Assembly (NCBI GenBank): GCA_023139715.1
Contig: JAGLNB010000002.1
Location: 1 to 59,785 of the forward strand
Length of the DNA: 59,785 bases
Origin: Planctomycetota bacterium
Lineage (GTDB): Bacteria; Planctomycetota; Phycisphaerae; Sedimentisphaerales; Anaerobacaceae
Direction: 5' to 3'
Part shown: positions 59,761 to 59,785 of the stretch, piece by piece
How positions within the stretch are numbered: position 1 is the first letter of the stretch
Layout: every line of letters starts with the position of its first letter
Made by a program: the position numbers and the translations under genes
The notes under the pieces: generated by a model
What the model saw: the letters and a program-made list of their open reading frames with translations, nothing else
What the model was told of the DNA's origin: nothing
The model's database searches: none

Positions 59761-59785
59761 AGCCCGCACTTACGGGAATGAATGT
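59761..59785. repeat. 25-bp direct terminal repeat (right copy)
   Basis: Exact copy of bases 1-25. Confidence 0.9.

Noticed and set aside
1-59785. Searched by eye for CRISPR arrays, integrase or recombinase, reverse transcriptase (DGR/retron), relaxase, coupling protein, DNA polymerase and rRNA
   Set aside because: I saw no spaced repeat arrays and no R..HxxR..Y, YxDD, relaxase or VirD4 motifs. Absence by eye is not proof, and profile searches are needed.

Overview
The window looks like a complete genome of about 59.8 kb from a siphovirus-like tailed dsDNA virus (Caudoviricetes). The first and last 25 bp are identical, and the head-gene operon runs across that junction, so the contig is circular or terminally redundant. 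Nearly all genes are on the minus strand, are tightly packed, and are often translationally coupled through ATGA or TAATG overlaps. Going down the minus strand, the modules are as follows. (1) Packaging and head genes: TerL 4888-3254, portal, Mu F-like protein and prohead protease, then across the junction the scaffold and HK97-like major capsid protein 59734-58282. (2) A roughly 9-kb block of repeat-rich, lectin-like, decoration- or fibre-like genes (57793-49941). (3) Connector, major tail protein, an inserted HNH gene, G/GT chaperones with a -1 frameshift, tape measure, Dit, Tal and fibres (49941-38824). (4) A lysis cassette (38822-37600). (5) A plus-strand block of small accessory genes (34866-37603). 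(6) A 7.5-kb accessory island (27136-34668). It encodes a VirB4-type ATPase flanked by proteins with VirB2-, VirB3- and VirB6-like topology. This amounts to a minimal conjugation-like or Ced-like membrane DNA-translocation/pilus module, and I rate it the most interesting feature. (7) A long chain of tiny genes (RHH, AbrB and zinc-ribbon types), a tRNA-like gene with an abnormal anticodon arm, and a GC-rich structured non-coding island (23.9-26.8 kb). (8) Replication and DNA metabolism: a prim-pol/SF3 helicase containing iteron-like repeats, an ERCC4 nuclease, an N6-adenine methyltransferase and free-standing homing endonucleases (9.6-23 kb). (9) A short plus-strand block (5033-7660). I found no integrase, relaxase, coupling protein, reverse transcriptase or CRISPR array. 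TATA-like intergenic boxes, oligo-T terminators, an ERCC4 nuclease and many AbrB/RHH/zinc-ribbon micro-proteins hint at an archaeal host, possibly a methanogen. A Firmicutes-type host cannot be excluded from sequence alone. All functional calls rest on motifs read by eye, because no database search was possible. More than 20 short genes below the 60-aa limit of the ORF track were added by hand. Each has a Shine-Dalgarno sequence, a start/stop overlap with its neighbour, or both.
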